NCBI GenBank assembly: GCA_029565935.1
Contig: JAKQNF010000016.1
Location: forward strand, 116,031-180,030
Direction of reading: 5' to 3'
From: Bacillota bacterium
GTDB taxonomy: Bacteria; Bacillota; DTU025; MWDF01
DNA: 64,000 bases
The position numbers and the translations under genes were made by a program. The stretch's first letter is position 1. Each line of letters starts with the position of its first letter. Of the stretch, positions 18,092-27,010 are shown piece by piece. The notes under the pieces are model-generated. The model was not told the origin of the DNA. It was given only the letters and a program-made list of their open reading frames with translations, and did not search any database.

Positions 18092-18123
18092 GACGCAGAA
18101 GGCGAAGACCGCCTTCTGCCGTC
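18092..18123 (+). terminator. Hairpin after the OMP gene
   Basis: GCAGAAGGC / GCCTTCTGC 9-bp stem that can be extended by GAC/GTC. There is no clear T-tract. Confidence 0.35.
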
Positions 18124-18258
18124 GCATAATCCCTAGCAGCGATAAAGGACCCTGCCGCTCATCGGGTCGCTTCGAGGGCGAAGACCAGGCAATCGACCGG
18201 AAACAGGACAAGACTGCGAGTTCCCATCATCCATAAAAGGACGTTTGGAGGTTTTGTC

Positions 18259-19641
18259 ATGCGCAGAAGGGATGCTTATGCCGAGCCTTTCAGGATCAAG
18301 AGCGTTGAGCCGATCAAGATGACGAGCCGCGAACACAGGCGGAAGATGATAGAAGAGGCAGGGTATAACCTGTTCAACCTTGCTTCGGACGATGTCTATA
18401 TAGACCTTCTGACGGATTCTGGCACCGGAGCCATGAGCGACGCCCAATGGGCCGCCATGATGACAGGGGACGAGGCCTATGCCGGCAGCAGGAGCTACAT
18501 GGCCCTCAAGGAAGCGGTCAAGGATACGTTCGGATATGATTTCATGCTGCCTGTGCACCAGGGCAGGGGCGCCGAGAAGGTGCTCATGGCCATGATGGTG
18601 AAACCGGGGGATACGATACCGGGCAACATGCACTTCGACACTACGATAGGCCACATACTCCTAAGGGGCGGCAACCCCCTGGACCTCGTGGCTGAAAAGG
18701 GATACGAGATATCGAGCGACGAGCCGTTCAAGGGGGACATAGACCTCGCAAGGCTCGAGGAGACCCTGTCGGATGAGAACCTGAGCATCCCTTTCGTGAT
18801 CATGACGATAACCTGCAACTCGAACGGCGGCCAGCCCGTCTCCATGAAAAACATGAAGATGGCTTCGGATATCTGCAAGAAGCACAAGAAACCCATGTTC
18901 TTCGATTGCGCAAGGTTCGCGGAGAACTCCTGCTTCATCAAGATGAGGGAGGAAGGCTATGCCGACAAATCCATCAAGGAGATCGCCAGGGAGACCTTCG
19001 CCTTGGGCGACGGCTGCCTGATGAGCTCCAAGAAGGACGGCCTCGTCAACATCGGGGGACTGCTGTGCTTCAAGGATGAGCGGATGTACAGGAAGGCCTG
19101 GGAGTACGAGATACCTTTCGAGGGCTTCATCACATACGGCGGCATGGCGGGAAGGGACATGGCGGCGTTGGCGCAGGGCCTAAGGGAGGTGGTCGAGTAC
19201 GGCTATCTCGAGGATAGGTTGGGGCAGGTCGCATACCTGGCGGACCTCCTACTAGAAAGGGGCGTTCCGGTCATCACCCCGGCGGGCGGGCACGGGGTCT
19301 TCATCGACGCAAAGGAATACCTGCCGCACGTACCCCAGCTCGAGTATCCCGCGCAGGCCTTGGGGGTGGAGCTGTATGCCGAGGCCGGTGTAAGAGGCGT
19401 GGAGCTGGGCTCCTGCGCGTTCGGCCACAAGGATCCGGCTACCGGGGAGGAAGTGCCGCATAAACTGGAGCTTCTACGGCTCGCCATACCGCGGCGCACG
19501 TATACCGACAGGCACATGATGGTCGTAGCAAGGGCGTTCGAGGAGATATCGAAGAGGAAGGCCGGTATAGGAGGCCTGAGGATCGTATGGCAGGCCGAGG
19601 TTCTGAGGCATTTCACGGCCAGGTTCGAGCCCGTTGGGTAG
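18259..19641 (+). CDS. PLP-dependent beta-eliminating lyase, tryptophanase / tyrosine phenol-lyase family (tryptophanase-like motifs)
   Basis: AEPFRIKSVEP, DLLTDSGTGAMS, HQGRGAE, PLP-Lys context SSKKDGLVNIGG. The FDTTIGH and CARFAENSCF segments look more like TnaA than TPL. Confidence 0.85.
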   Translation: MRRRDAYAEPFRIKSVEPIKMTSREHRRKMIEEAGYNLFNLASDDVYIDLLTDSGTGAMSDAQWAAMMTGDEAYAGSRSYMALKEAVKDTFGYDFMLPVHQGRGAEKVLMAMMVKPGDTIPGNMHFDTTIGHILLRGGNPLDLVAEKGYEISSDEPFKGDIDLARLEETLSDENLSIPFVIMTITCNSNGGQPVSMKNMKMASDICKKHKKPMFFDCARFAENSCFIKMREEGYADKSIKEIARETFALGDGCLMSSKKDGLVNIGGLLCFKDERMYRKAWEYEIPFEGFITYGGMAGRDMAALAQGLREVVEYGYLEDRLGQVAYLADLLLERGVPVITPAGGHGVFIDAKEYLPHVPQLEYPAQALGVELYAEAGVRGVELGSCAFGHKDPATGEEVPHKLELLRLAIPRRTYTDRHMMVVARAFEEISKRKAGIGGLRIVWQAEVLRHFTARFEPVG

Positions 19642-19741
19642 ATATTTCCAGCGGTGGGGCGCCAAATGCAGGAAAACGGCCCTCAGCATAGAACTTTTTA
19701 ATGATACTAAGTCAAATCGGAATGGAAGGCAGGCGGATCAT

Positions 19742-21220
19742 ATGAGGAAAGTATTGCTTATTGCGACGGTTCTGTTGCTTGCGATAGGCCTTACCGGATG
19801 CACGATTAATATCCTGCCGGCTGCGACGCTTCAAGGGACTATCCAGTTAGAGGGCGGGGCGCCTGCTTCGAACGCGAAGGTGACCCTTACGCCGGCTTCT
19901 GCCGCGGGCACTTCATGGATGGGATATGCAGACGCGGCCGGTGCTTGGACTACGGGAAGGACGATAAGGCCGGAGGCGTATACTATCAAGTTCGAGCATC
20001 CTATGGCGGACTCGCCGGTGACGATAACCTACGATGTGCTGACACCGTACAAGACATACATCGTGCCGCTACAGACGTTGCCCTACACGCCTTCGGAAGG
20101 CGAGGGGAGCAAGGTCTCGGGAACTACGGTATGGGACCATGATGGCAATCCCGCCACTGCGATGGTACCGTTGATGGGAGTACTCATCACGCTCGACGGG
20201 CCCTCTTCGAGGACCGCTTATACCGATGCGACGGGCTCTTTCGAAGTCCTGGGCCTGCTGCCCGGGACGTATGACATATACGGAGAGAAAGACGGCTACG
20301 CGGCGGCCTCCTACATGGACGTCGCAGTTGCCGGTTCCGAGGTCTCGATGCCGCCGCTCGTGCTCGTCCAGGACAAGGTCGACGTCGGGGGCTATGTGTA
20401 TGAAGACGACGGCGTGACGCCCATCGTGGGCGCGGCGATCACCCTGACGCCGGCATACGGGGCATACGCCACTCTACATGCCACTACGGACGCCTTGGGG
20501 TTCTGGTCCAAGGACGACATCAAGGCAGGATGGTACAAAGTGAAGGCCGAGAAGACCGGCTATGTGACGGAGACCGTGGACCTGGACGCCATGGATTCCA
20601 CGATAACAACCCGCATAACAGCGGACGTCCTGCTGCCGGCGGTCGTGGCTCCGGGGGCTGCCGGCGCCGAGGGAATGGTAATCTGGGACCATGACGGTGA
20701 CCCTCTGACCGATTTTGTGGGCCTGAACAACGTTAAGGTCAGCTTCATCCCCGATGGGGGCACACTGCCTATAATGATAGCCTATACGGACACGACCGGC
20801 GCCTGGTCGGTGACCGGCCTGCCCATGGGCCTGTACACGCTGACCCTGGATAAGACGGGATTCATGACCCAGGAGATATCGCTTAACGTAACTGCCGCGA
20901 TGACCTACACGGTGGACACCGTGATCCTGGTGCCCGGCGCGACCACGGAGCCGGTATCAGTGACGGGCAAGGTGTTCGACCCCGCGGATACTCCCGTCGT
21001 AAGCTGCATGGTTATATTCGAGCCCATGTTCGACTGGGGTTATACGAGGGTCACGTACACCAACGAGGAGGGCAAGTTCACGATACCCAGCATGATAGCG
21101 GGGTACTACACCGTGACGCTCTCCAAATCGACGGCTTACGTAGATACCTATTATGACGTCGACCTTACGGTCGGCGGAGAATCCTACGACCTTGGCGTAC
21201 TGACCATCCAGACGCCGTAG
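19742..21220 (+). CDS. Lipoprotein built from repeated carboxypeptidase-regulatory-like (CarboxypepD_reg) beta-sandwich domains
   Basis: Lipobox LAIGLTGC. Repeated modules end in GLLPGTYDIYGEKDGY, AGWYKVKAEKTGY, GLPMGLYTLTLDKTGF and AGYYTVTLSKSTAY. The WDHDG(N/D)P motif occurs twice. Confidence 0.7.
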   Translation: MRKVLLIATVLLLAIGLTGCTINILPAATLQGTIQLEGGAPASNAKVTLTPASAAGTSWMGYADAAGAWTTGRTIRPEAYTIKFEHPMADSPVTITYDVLTPYKTYIVPLQTLPYTPSEGEGSKVSGTTVWDHDGNPATAMVPLMGVLITLDGPSSRTAYTDATGSFEVLGLLPGTYDIYGEKDGYAAASYMDVAVAGSEVSMPPLVLVQDKVDVGGYVYEDDGVTPIVGAAITLTPAYGAYATLHATTDALGFWSKDDIKAGWYKVKAEKTGYVTETVDLDAMDSTITTRITADVLLPAVVAPGAAGAEGMVIWDHDGDPLTDFVGLNNVKVSFIPDGGTLPIMIAYTDTTGAWSVTGLPMGLYTLTLDKTGFMTQEISLNVTAAMTYTVDTVILVPGATTEPVSVTGKVFDPADTPVVSCMVIFEPMFDWGYTRVTYTNEEGKFTIPSMIAGYYTVTLSKSTAYVDTYYDVDLTVGGESYDLGVLTIQTP

Positions 21221-21237
21221 GCCCATCGACGAGTGCC

Positions 21238-21265
21238 GAAGCCGGCGGGTCATCCCGCCGGCTTC
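21238..21265 (+). terminator. Intrinsic terminator
   Basis: GAAGCCGGCGGG-TCAT-CCCGCCGGCTTC: a 12-bp stem followed by TTCAT. Confidence 0.65.
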
Positions 21266-21386
21266 TTCATGAGGAAGGCAAGCCCTGACAACCGGTGCCC
21301 GGGACACCTATGAGCACGCATGAGCTATTACGGGCCGCCCGTATACCTTATAATCTCCTTAGCGATGAAGATTGGAGGCGACACGA

Positions 21387-21788
21387 TTGCACCTTGCGAC
21401 GATTGACAAGCTGTGTTCCGGATGCAAGGCGTGCCAGCTGGCATGCTCGATGACGAGGCGCAAAGAGGTGAATCCCAAAAGGTCGTTCATAAGGCCGGAA
21501 GGAAGGTTCCCGGCACCCGGGGACTATATTATAAAGTACTGCACGCAGTGCGGCGAGTGCGCGAACGTCTGTCCCACCGGGGCGATCTCCAAGAAAGGCG
21601 ACATATATGACATAGACGAGGACCTGTGCATACAGTGCGGCGCCTGCGTGGCGGCATGCCCTTTTAGCGTAATGCTCCTTCTCGACGGAGAGAAGGCCAA
21701 GAAGTGCAACGCGTGTGGTGCCTGCGTCGCGGCGTGTCCCAGGGCGGCCGTCTACGATTCGGACACTTCGAAGGGGGGCCGTTATTGA
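21387..21788 (+). CDS. 4x[4Fe-4S] polyferredoxin (AOR-associated)
   Basis: Four CxxCxxCxxxC(P/S) motifs: CSGCKACQLACS, CTQCGECANVCP, CIQCGACVAACP, CNACGACVAACP. The stop overlaps the AOR start (ATGA). TTG 21372 or TTG 21387 could be the start. Confidence 0.85.
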   Translation: MHLATIDKLCSGCKACQLACSMTRRKEVNPKRSFIRPEGRFPAPGDYIIKYCTQCGECANVCPTGAISKKGDIYDIDEDLCIQCGACVAACPFSVMLLLDGEKAKKCNACGACVAACPRAAVYDSDTSKGGRY

Positions 21789-23638
21789 TGAACGGCTATG
21801 CAGGCTACATCCTTAGGATAGACGTCGGGGCGAAGGCGTTCAGGAAAGAGGTCCTGGACCGGAAACTTGCTAAGGACTTCATCGGCGGCCGCGGCTTCGT
21901 GGATAAGCTCATATACGACGAGGTGCCCGTTGGGGCGGACCCGTTCGGACCACTCAACAAGGTGGCCGCAGCGCCCGGCCCCCTCTCCGGCATATTCACC
22001 CCGGCCTCAGGGAAGGTGCAGTTCGGCACGCTCTCGCCGGCGACTGGCATAATCGGGGACTCGAACATGGGAGGCCACTTCGGACCCGAGATCAAGTACG
22101 CGGGATATGACATGCTGATAATCGAAGGGGTCTCCAACACGCCCGTGACGTTGGTCATCGACGACGACAAGGTAGACTTCAAGGATGCCTCGGACCTATG
22201 GGGCAAGGGCTCGTTCGAAACAGAAGAGACGCTCAAAAAGCAGCTCGGCGCGGACTTCCAGATAGCGACGATCGGCCCGGCCGGCGAGAACAAGGTATAC
22301 TTCGCCTGCATCAACCACGACTTCGGACGCCAGGCCGGAAGGACCGGCATCGGCGCTGTGCTAGGCGCGAAGAAAGTGAAGGCGATAGCGGTAAAAGGCA
22401 GCAAGAGCATACCGGTTGCCGACCCGGACGCCGTGCTCAAGGTCGGCATGAACCTGTACAGGAAGTGCTTCGAGAAGCCCGGCCTTGCCGAATGGACCCC
22501 GCTGGGGACCGCCGGCGTGACCCCCTGGGTCAACGAGGTCGGCGCCTTCCCCACTAAAAATTTCCAAACGACCTACTTCGAAGGCCACGAGAAGATCGGC
22601 GGCCAGGCGATGAAGGACAAGATAATCGTAACGGACAAGGGCTGCTTCGCATGCCCTACACCTTGTGGCAAGTACTCCAGGCTCAAGAAGGAAGGCAAGG
22701 ACGTCTACGTGGAAGGGCCCGAATATGAAACGATAGCGATGCTCGGCGGAGACTGCATGCTGCCGGAGATAGAAGACGTAGCTTACGCCAACAGGCTGTG
22801 CGACGACCTCGGGCTCGACACTATATCAGGCGGGGCGGTGATAGCGTTCGCCCTGGAGTGCTTCGACAAGGGCATCATAACGAAAGAGCAGCTCGGAAGG
22901 GACATCTCCTGGGGCGACATAGGTTCTTTCGAATTCCTCGCGAACATAATCGCCAAGAGGCAGGGCATGGGCGACCTGCTCGCGATGGGCACGAGGATAG
23001 CCGCCAACAGGCTGGGCCATGACAGCATCCGGTTCGCCACCCAGGTAAAGGGCCTAGAGTGGAGCGGATACGATGCAAGGTGGGCCCCGGCGATGATGAT
23101 ATCCTATATGACAGCGGACATAGGGGCCCATCACAACAGGTCGTGGGCCATTACGTTCGACGTGGCCAAGGGAAGGGACACGCTTGAAGGCAAGGCGAAA
23201 AGGGCCGTAGAGCTGCAGAGGATCAGGCCGGCCTTCGACCTCATCGGCTGCTGCAGGCTGCAGTGGGTGGAGATAGGCTTCGAGCTTGAGAACTACGAGG
23301 CCATGTTCGAGGCCGTTTTCGGCGAGAGGACCACATGGCAGGACATCTACGTAGCCGCGGACAGGCTTTGGAACATGAACAGGGTAAGGGCCATGCTCGA
23401 GATACCCGGATTCGGGAGGGACGACGATTATCCGCCGAAGCGGTTCATGGAAGAGCCGGTCCTTTCCGGCCCGGCCAAAGGCAAGCTCATCGACAGGGCC
23501 TCCTGCGACAGGCTTCTGGACGACTACTACATGGAACGCGGATGGGACAAGGCCGGGCACCCGACGAAGAAGACGCTGGAAGCCCTCGGGCTGTTCGGAT
23601 GCATCGACGAGCTTAAGGCCAGGGGGCTTATGGCATGA
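21788..23638 (+). CDS. aor: Aldehyde:ferredoxin oxidoreductase (tungsten/molybdopterin AOR family)
   Basis: N-terminus MNGYAGYILRIDVG...FIGGRGF plus AOR N and C domains. The track start at 21704 lies inside the ferredoxin gene, so ATG 21788 is preferred. Confidence 0.9.
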   Translation: MNGYAGYILRIDVGAKAFRKEVLDRKLAKDFIGGRGFVDKLIYDEVPVGADPFGPLNKVAAAPGPLSGIFTPASGKVQFGTLSPATGIIGDSNMGGHFGPEIKYAGYDMLIIEGVSNTPVTLVIDDDKVDFKDASDLWGKGSFETEETLKKQLGADFQIATIGPAGENKVYFACINHDFGRQAGRTGIGAVLGAKKVKAIAVKGSKSIPVADPDAVLKVGMNLYRKCFEKPGLAEWTPLGTAGVTPWVNEVGAFPTKNFQTTYFEGHEKIGGQAMKDKIIVTDKGCFACPTPCGKYSRLKKEGKDVYVEGPEYETIAMLGGDCMLPEIEDVAYANRLCDDLGLDTISGGAVIAFALECFDKGIITKEQLGRDISWGDIGSFEFLANIIAKRQGMGDLLAMGTRIAANRLGHDSIRFATQVKGLEWSGYDARWAPAMMISYMTADIGAHHNRSWAITFDVAKGRDTLEGKAKRAVELQRIRPAFDLIGCCRLQWVEIGFELENYEAMFEAVFGERTTWQDIYVAADRLWNMNRVRAMLEIPGFGRDDDYPPKRFMEEPVLSGPAKGKLIDRASCDRLLDDYYMERGWDKAGHPTKKTLEALGLFGCIDELKARGLMA

Positions 23639-23871
23639 GGATAGGCGTGAAGGTCATGGGACATGCCGTGGAGTACTTCCCCGAGGACAAGAGGACGGCA
23701 TGGACGTACGAAGCGGAACAAGGAGAGAGCGTAAAGGACCTGATAGTGAAGTCGGGAATAAAGAGCGAGCTGGTAATGAACGTCGCCTGCAAAGGAAGGA
23801 TCATCCCCAAGGACACGCTGTTGGAAGACGGGATGGAACTGTTGCTGTTCACGCCGGTCTCCGGAGGATGA
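23635..23871 (+). CDS. MoaD/ThiS-family ubiquitin-like sulfur-carrier protein
   Basis: 78 aa ending in ...FTPVSGG (C-terminal Gly-Gly). It overlaps the AOR stop by 4 nt. Confidence 0.7.
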   Translation: MRIGVKVMGHAVEYFPEDKRTAWTYEAEQGESVKDLIVKSGIKSELVMNVACKGRIIPKDTLLEDGMELLLFTPVSGG

Positions 23872-23872
23872 T

Positions 23873-26263
23873 TTGACGAAGAGCATGGAAGACAAGGACA
23901 TCAAGAAGGCAGAAGGGATCAGGGTCGCCGCCGATGACACGGGCCCTCTCCTGACAAAAGAAGAGCACGGGCTGGTCTACAGGGGCTTCACGCTTGACCC
24001 CTTCCAAGAGTTGGCCATCTCGCACATAGACGAGGGTAGCTCGGTGATCGTCTCCGCCCCCACGGGCGTTGGCAAGACGCTCATCGCAGACTACCTCATC
24101 GAGAAGATGTTCCGGCTGGGGCACAGGGTCGTCTACACGGCGCCCATAAAAGCCCTGTCCAACCAGAAGTTCAAGGAGTTCAAGAAGCTGCTCGGGCCCG
24201 ACAATGTCGGCATAATAACCGGCGACGTGGTGATCAACTCCCTCGCACCCGTGTTAATCATGACCACCGAGGTGTTCCGCAACATCCTGCATCTGTCCCC
24301 CCAGGACCTTACCGGCGTGACCCATGCGATCTTCGACGAGATCCATTATCTGGGCGACGAGGAGAGAGGCACCGTCTGGGAGGAGTCCATAATATTCATG
24401 CCCGAGGACATGAGGCTCCTCGGGCTTTCCGCCACCATCCCCAACGCCGAGGAGCTGGCGGAGTGGGTAGAATCGGTCAAGGGCCACGATGTCAAGGTGG
24501 TGCGGCATAACAAGAGGGCAGTGCCTCTGATGCATCTCGTCTTCGAAAGGGAATTCGGCGAGGGCAGCCTTACTGACTACATGGACTTCAGGGCCAGGCG
24601 CGAAGCCGAGGAGCTCGCCATGGGGGCCGGTGAGAAGGAGACCTACGAGGACGGAGTGAGGTCCAGGAGGAAGCCCACCACTCACCGCGACCTGATAAAG
24701 CACCTAATAAAGAACGACAGGATACCTTGCCTTTATTTCGTATTCTCAAGGAAGGGCTGCGAGGAGAGGGCGGTAGAGCTCGTACGGGACACGGACCTGC
24801 TGACGTCGAAGGAGAAGCTTCTCGTCGACCAAGTGTTCGAGCGAAGGCTGGCCGGCATGGGCCTGGATTCGATGCCCAGCGTCGTAGCCATGAAAAGGGC
24901 TGCCAGACGGGGCATAGCATGGCACCACGCGGGCCTTCTTCCCGTGCTAAAGGAGATAGTCGAGGAGCTCTTCGAGACCAGGCTCGTTAAGGTGCTGTAC
25001 GCTACGGAGACCTTCGCCGTAGGGATCAACTTCCCCGTCAGGACGGTCTGCTTCGATTCGATGAGGAAATTCACCGGCGTGGATTTCCGGCCGATGACGA
25101 TGCAGGAATACTTCCAGATGGCAGGAAGGGCGGGACGCAGGGGCATAGACAAGATAGGCTACGTCTACGTCCTGGCCGATACGGATTCTTTCAGGCTGGA
25201 CGATTATCCGACCATAGACGAAAGAAGGCTCGAGCCCCTAAGGAGCAGGTTCTCCCTTTCGTACAACACAGTGCTCAACCTGGTCGAGGGAAGAAGCCCC
25301 GAAGAGATAGACAAGGTCTTAAGGCACAACTTCGCGAGCTACCAAAACGACAACCAGAAGGCGTCACTAAGAGCGCAGCTAGCGAACCTGAGGGCTTCGG
25401 ACGAGGAGCTTTCTTCCACGGCATGCCGTGAGTTCGGCACGGTCTCGTGCCCCGTCTACCAGGCGATGCTCAAAGAGGAGCTGGCCTTGAGCATCAAGAG
25501 GCTAAGGAGGGCCAGGAAGCACCAGAAGGAGAAGAAATCGCTGCTCCAGACGAGGATCCAGGAGCTGAAGGCGAACTTGAAGGAGGGCAAGTACAAGGAC
25601 TGCCCGAAGCAGAAGAGGCGCGAATGCAAGGCCCTTCTGACCAGGCGTCAGGCGCTCTCCTCCAGGGTGGACGAGCTCCAGTCGAGGCTCGCCGGAATGG
25701 CCCCTGACGAGAAGTACGTAAGGGAGTTCGAGAAGAAATCCCGCGTCCTGGAATCGCTGGGCTTCATGGAGAGGCGGAGGCTGCTCCCTAGGGGCATAAT
25801 GGCGAAGGAGATACATACGCAGGAGCTGTTGAGCACCGAGCTGGTATTCGCCGGCATGATACACGGCGCGACCGTCCCTGAGGCGGTGTCCTTGCTTATG
25901 TGCGTGGACTACGAGCCAAGGCGCGGGGAGATGCCCGTAAGGGCCGTGCAGTTCGACCTCGCCGGGGTGTATTCGATAATAGGCAGGATAGTGGAGGCCG
26001 AGGAACGGTACATAGGCTCGAGCCAGATCAACTTCTTCACGGGCATGGCCGACATAGCCTACAAGTGGAGCTCCGGCACCGAATTCCCGGAGCTCGTCAA
26101 GGCCTCAGGGTATGCGGAGGGCGATATAGTCCATTCCCTTAGGAGGACCATAGACCTCATGAGGCAGCTCAGGTCCGCCGGAAGAGCCGACGAGCTGCTC
26201 GCCTCTAAGCTCAAGGCCTGTATGGAGAGCATCGACAGGGGAGTAGTGGAGGTGATCCTCTAG
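23873..26263 (+). CDS. Ski2/HelY-like DEAD/DEAH-box (DExH) helicase
   Basis: Motif I APTGVGKT, motif II DEIHYLGD, motif III SAT, motif VI QMAGRAGRRG, and a long helical C-terminal region. It starts 2 nt after the MoaD-like stop. Confidence 0.85.
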   Translation: MTKSMEDKDIKKAEGIRVAADDTGPLLTKEEHGLVYRGFTLDPFQELAISHIDEGSSVIVSAPTGVGKTLIADYLIEKMFRLGHRVVYTAPIKALSNQKFKEFKKLLGPDNVGIITGDVVINSLAPVLIMTTEVFRNILHLSPQDLTGVTHAIFDEIHYLGDEERGTVWEESIIFMPEDMRLLGLSATIPNAEELAEWVESVKGHDVKVVRHNKRAVPLMHLVFEREFGEGSLTDYMDFRARREAEELAMGAGEKETYEDGVRSRRKPTTHRDLIKHLIKNDRIPCLYFVFSRKGCEERAVELVRDTDLLTSKEKLLVDQVFERRLAGMGLDSMPSVVAMKRAARRGIAWHHAGLLPVLKEIVEELFETRLVKVLYATETFAVGINFPVRTVCFDSMRKFTGVDFRPMTMQEYFQMAGRAGRRGIDKIGYVYVLADTDSFRLDDYPTIDERRLEPLRSRFSLSYNTVLNLVEGRSPEEIDKVLRHNFASYQNDNQKASLRAQLANLRASDEELSSTACREFGTVSCPVYQAMLKEELALSIKRLRRARKHQKEKKSLLQTRIQELKANLKEGKYKDCPKQKRRECKALLTRRQALSSRVDELQSRLAGMAPDEKYVREFEKKSRVLESLGFMERRRLLPRGIMAKEIHTQELLSTELVFAGMIHGATVPEAVSLLMCVDYEPRRGEMPVRAVQFDLAGVYSIIGRIVEAEERYIGSSQINFFTGMADIAYKWSSGTEFPELVKASGYAEGDIVHSLRRTIDLMRQLRSAGRADELLASKLKACMESIDRGVVEVIL

Positions 26264-26404
26264 GGCCTTCTTTGTCTCAGGCCGGAAATCACGGTCGATC
26301 TTTCCCGTATGTATTTCCCAACATGAACATTTCCAACAATTGTAGGAATAAGCAACCCCCTTGGCGAAGAAGTCCTCGGAACCTTACGACAAGGGGGTGT
26401 TTTC

Positions 26405-26989
26405 ATGGACGAGAAGATAGTCCCGCGTTGGGAATGGAGGACTTTCGGTCCCGATTTTCCTGAGGACGAGAAGAATATCAAGAAGTTCGGCGAACCCGCC
26501 CCCAAGAGGAGCGAGGAAGTCTACGTACTGTCCAGGATGAGCGACGAGAACACGAAGATCAGAGAAGGGCTCATGGACATCAAGATGCTGCAGGAGACGA
26601 ACGCGAACAGGCTAGAGCAGTGGAAGCCGGTGATGAAGGAGGCATTCCCGCTCGACTTGGAGAAGCTGAAGAAGATCTTCGCGGTCTACAAGGTGGCTCT
26701 GCCGCACCTAGAAAGGGACGAATACACGAAGGAGCAGTTCCTCGACGAGCTTGTGAGGCCCAACAGGGACCTTAAGGTTGTGGAAGTAAGGAAAGAAAGG
26801 TACGCCTATACGATCAACGGGACCATCGTGGAATTCGCGAAAACGTGGTTCAACGGGATCCCGTCCAAGACTTTCTGTGTGGAGCACGAGGACCCGGAGC
26901 TCGTAATGAAGACTGTGAAGGAGCTGGGCCTGGGGGGCTATCCAAACATCAACTACATCAAGGCGATGAAGAAGACGGTCGGCTTTTAA
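26405..26989 (+). CDS. Hypothetical protein, possible CYTH-like (triphosphate tunnel) domain
   Basis: 194 aa. The EWR near the N-terminus and the charged beta-strand pattern (VEVRKERY, VEFAKT, CVEHED) are weakly CYTH-like. It is adjacent to Ppx/GppA. Confidence 0.35.
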   Translation: MDEKIVPRWEWRTFGPDFPEDEKNIKKFGEPAPKRSEEVYVLSRMSDENTKIREGLMDIKMLQETNANRLEQWKPVMKEAFPLDLEKLKKIFAVYKVALPHLERDEYTKEQFLDELVRPNRDLKVVEVRKERYAYTINGTIVEFAKTWFNGIPSKTFCVEHEDPELVMKTVKELGLGGYPNINYIKAMKKTVGF

Positions 26990-27010
26990 GCGCGGGAGGA
27001 GGGAGCCGGC

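Noticed and set aside
23635-26263. Ubiquitin-like protein plus helicase as a Bil-type or other Ubl-conjugation defence system
   Set aside because: No E1, E2, JAB or deubiquitinase genes are adjacent. The MoaD-like gene overlaps the AOR stop and fits molybdo/tungstopterin biology better.
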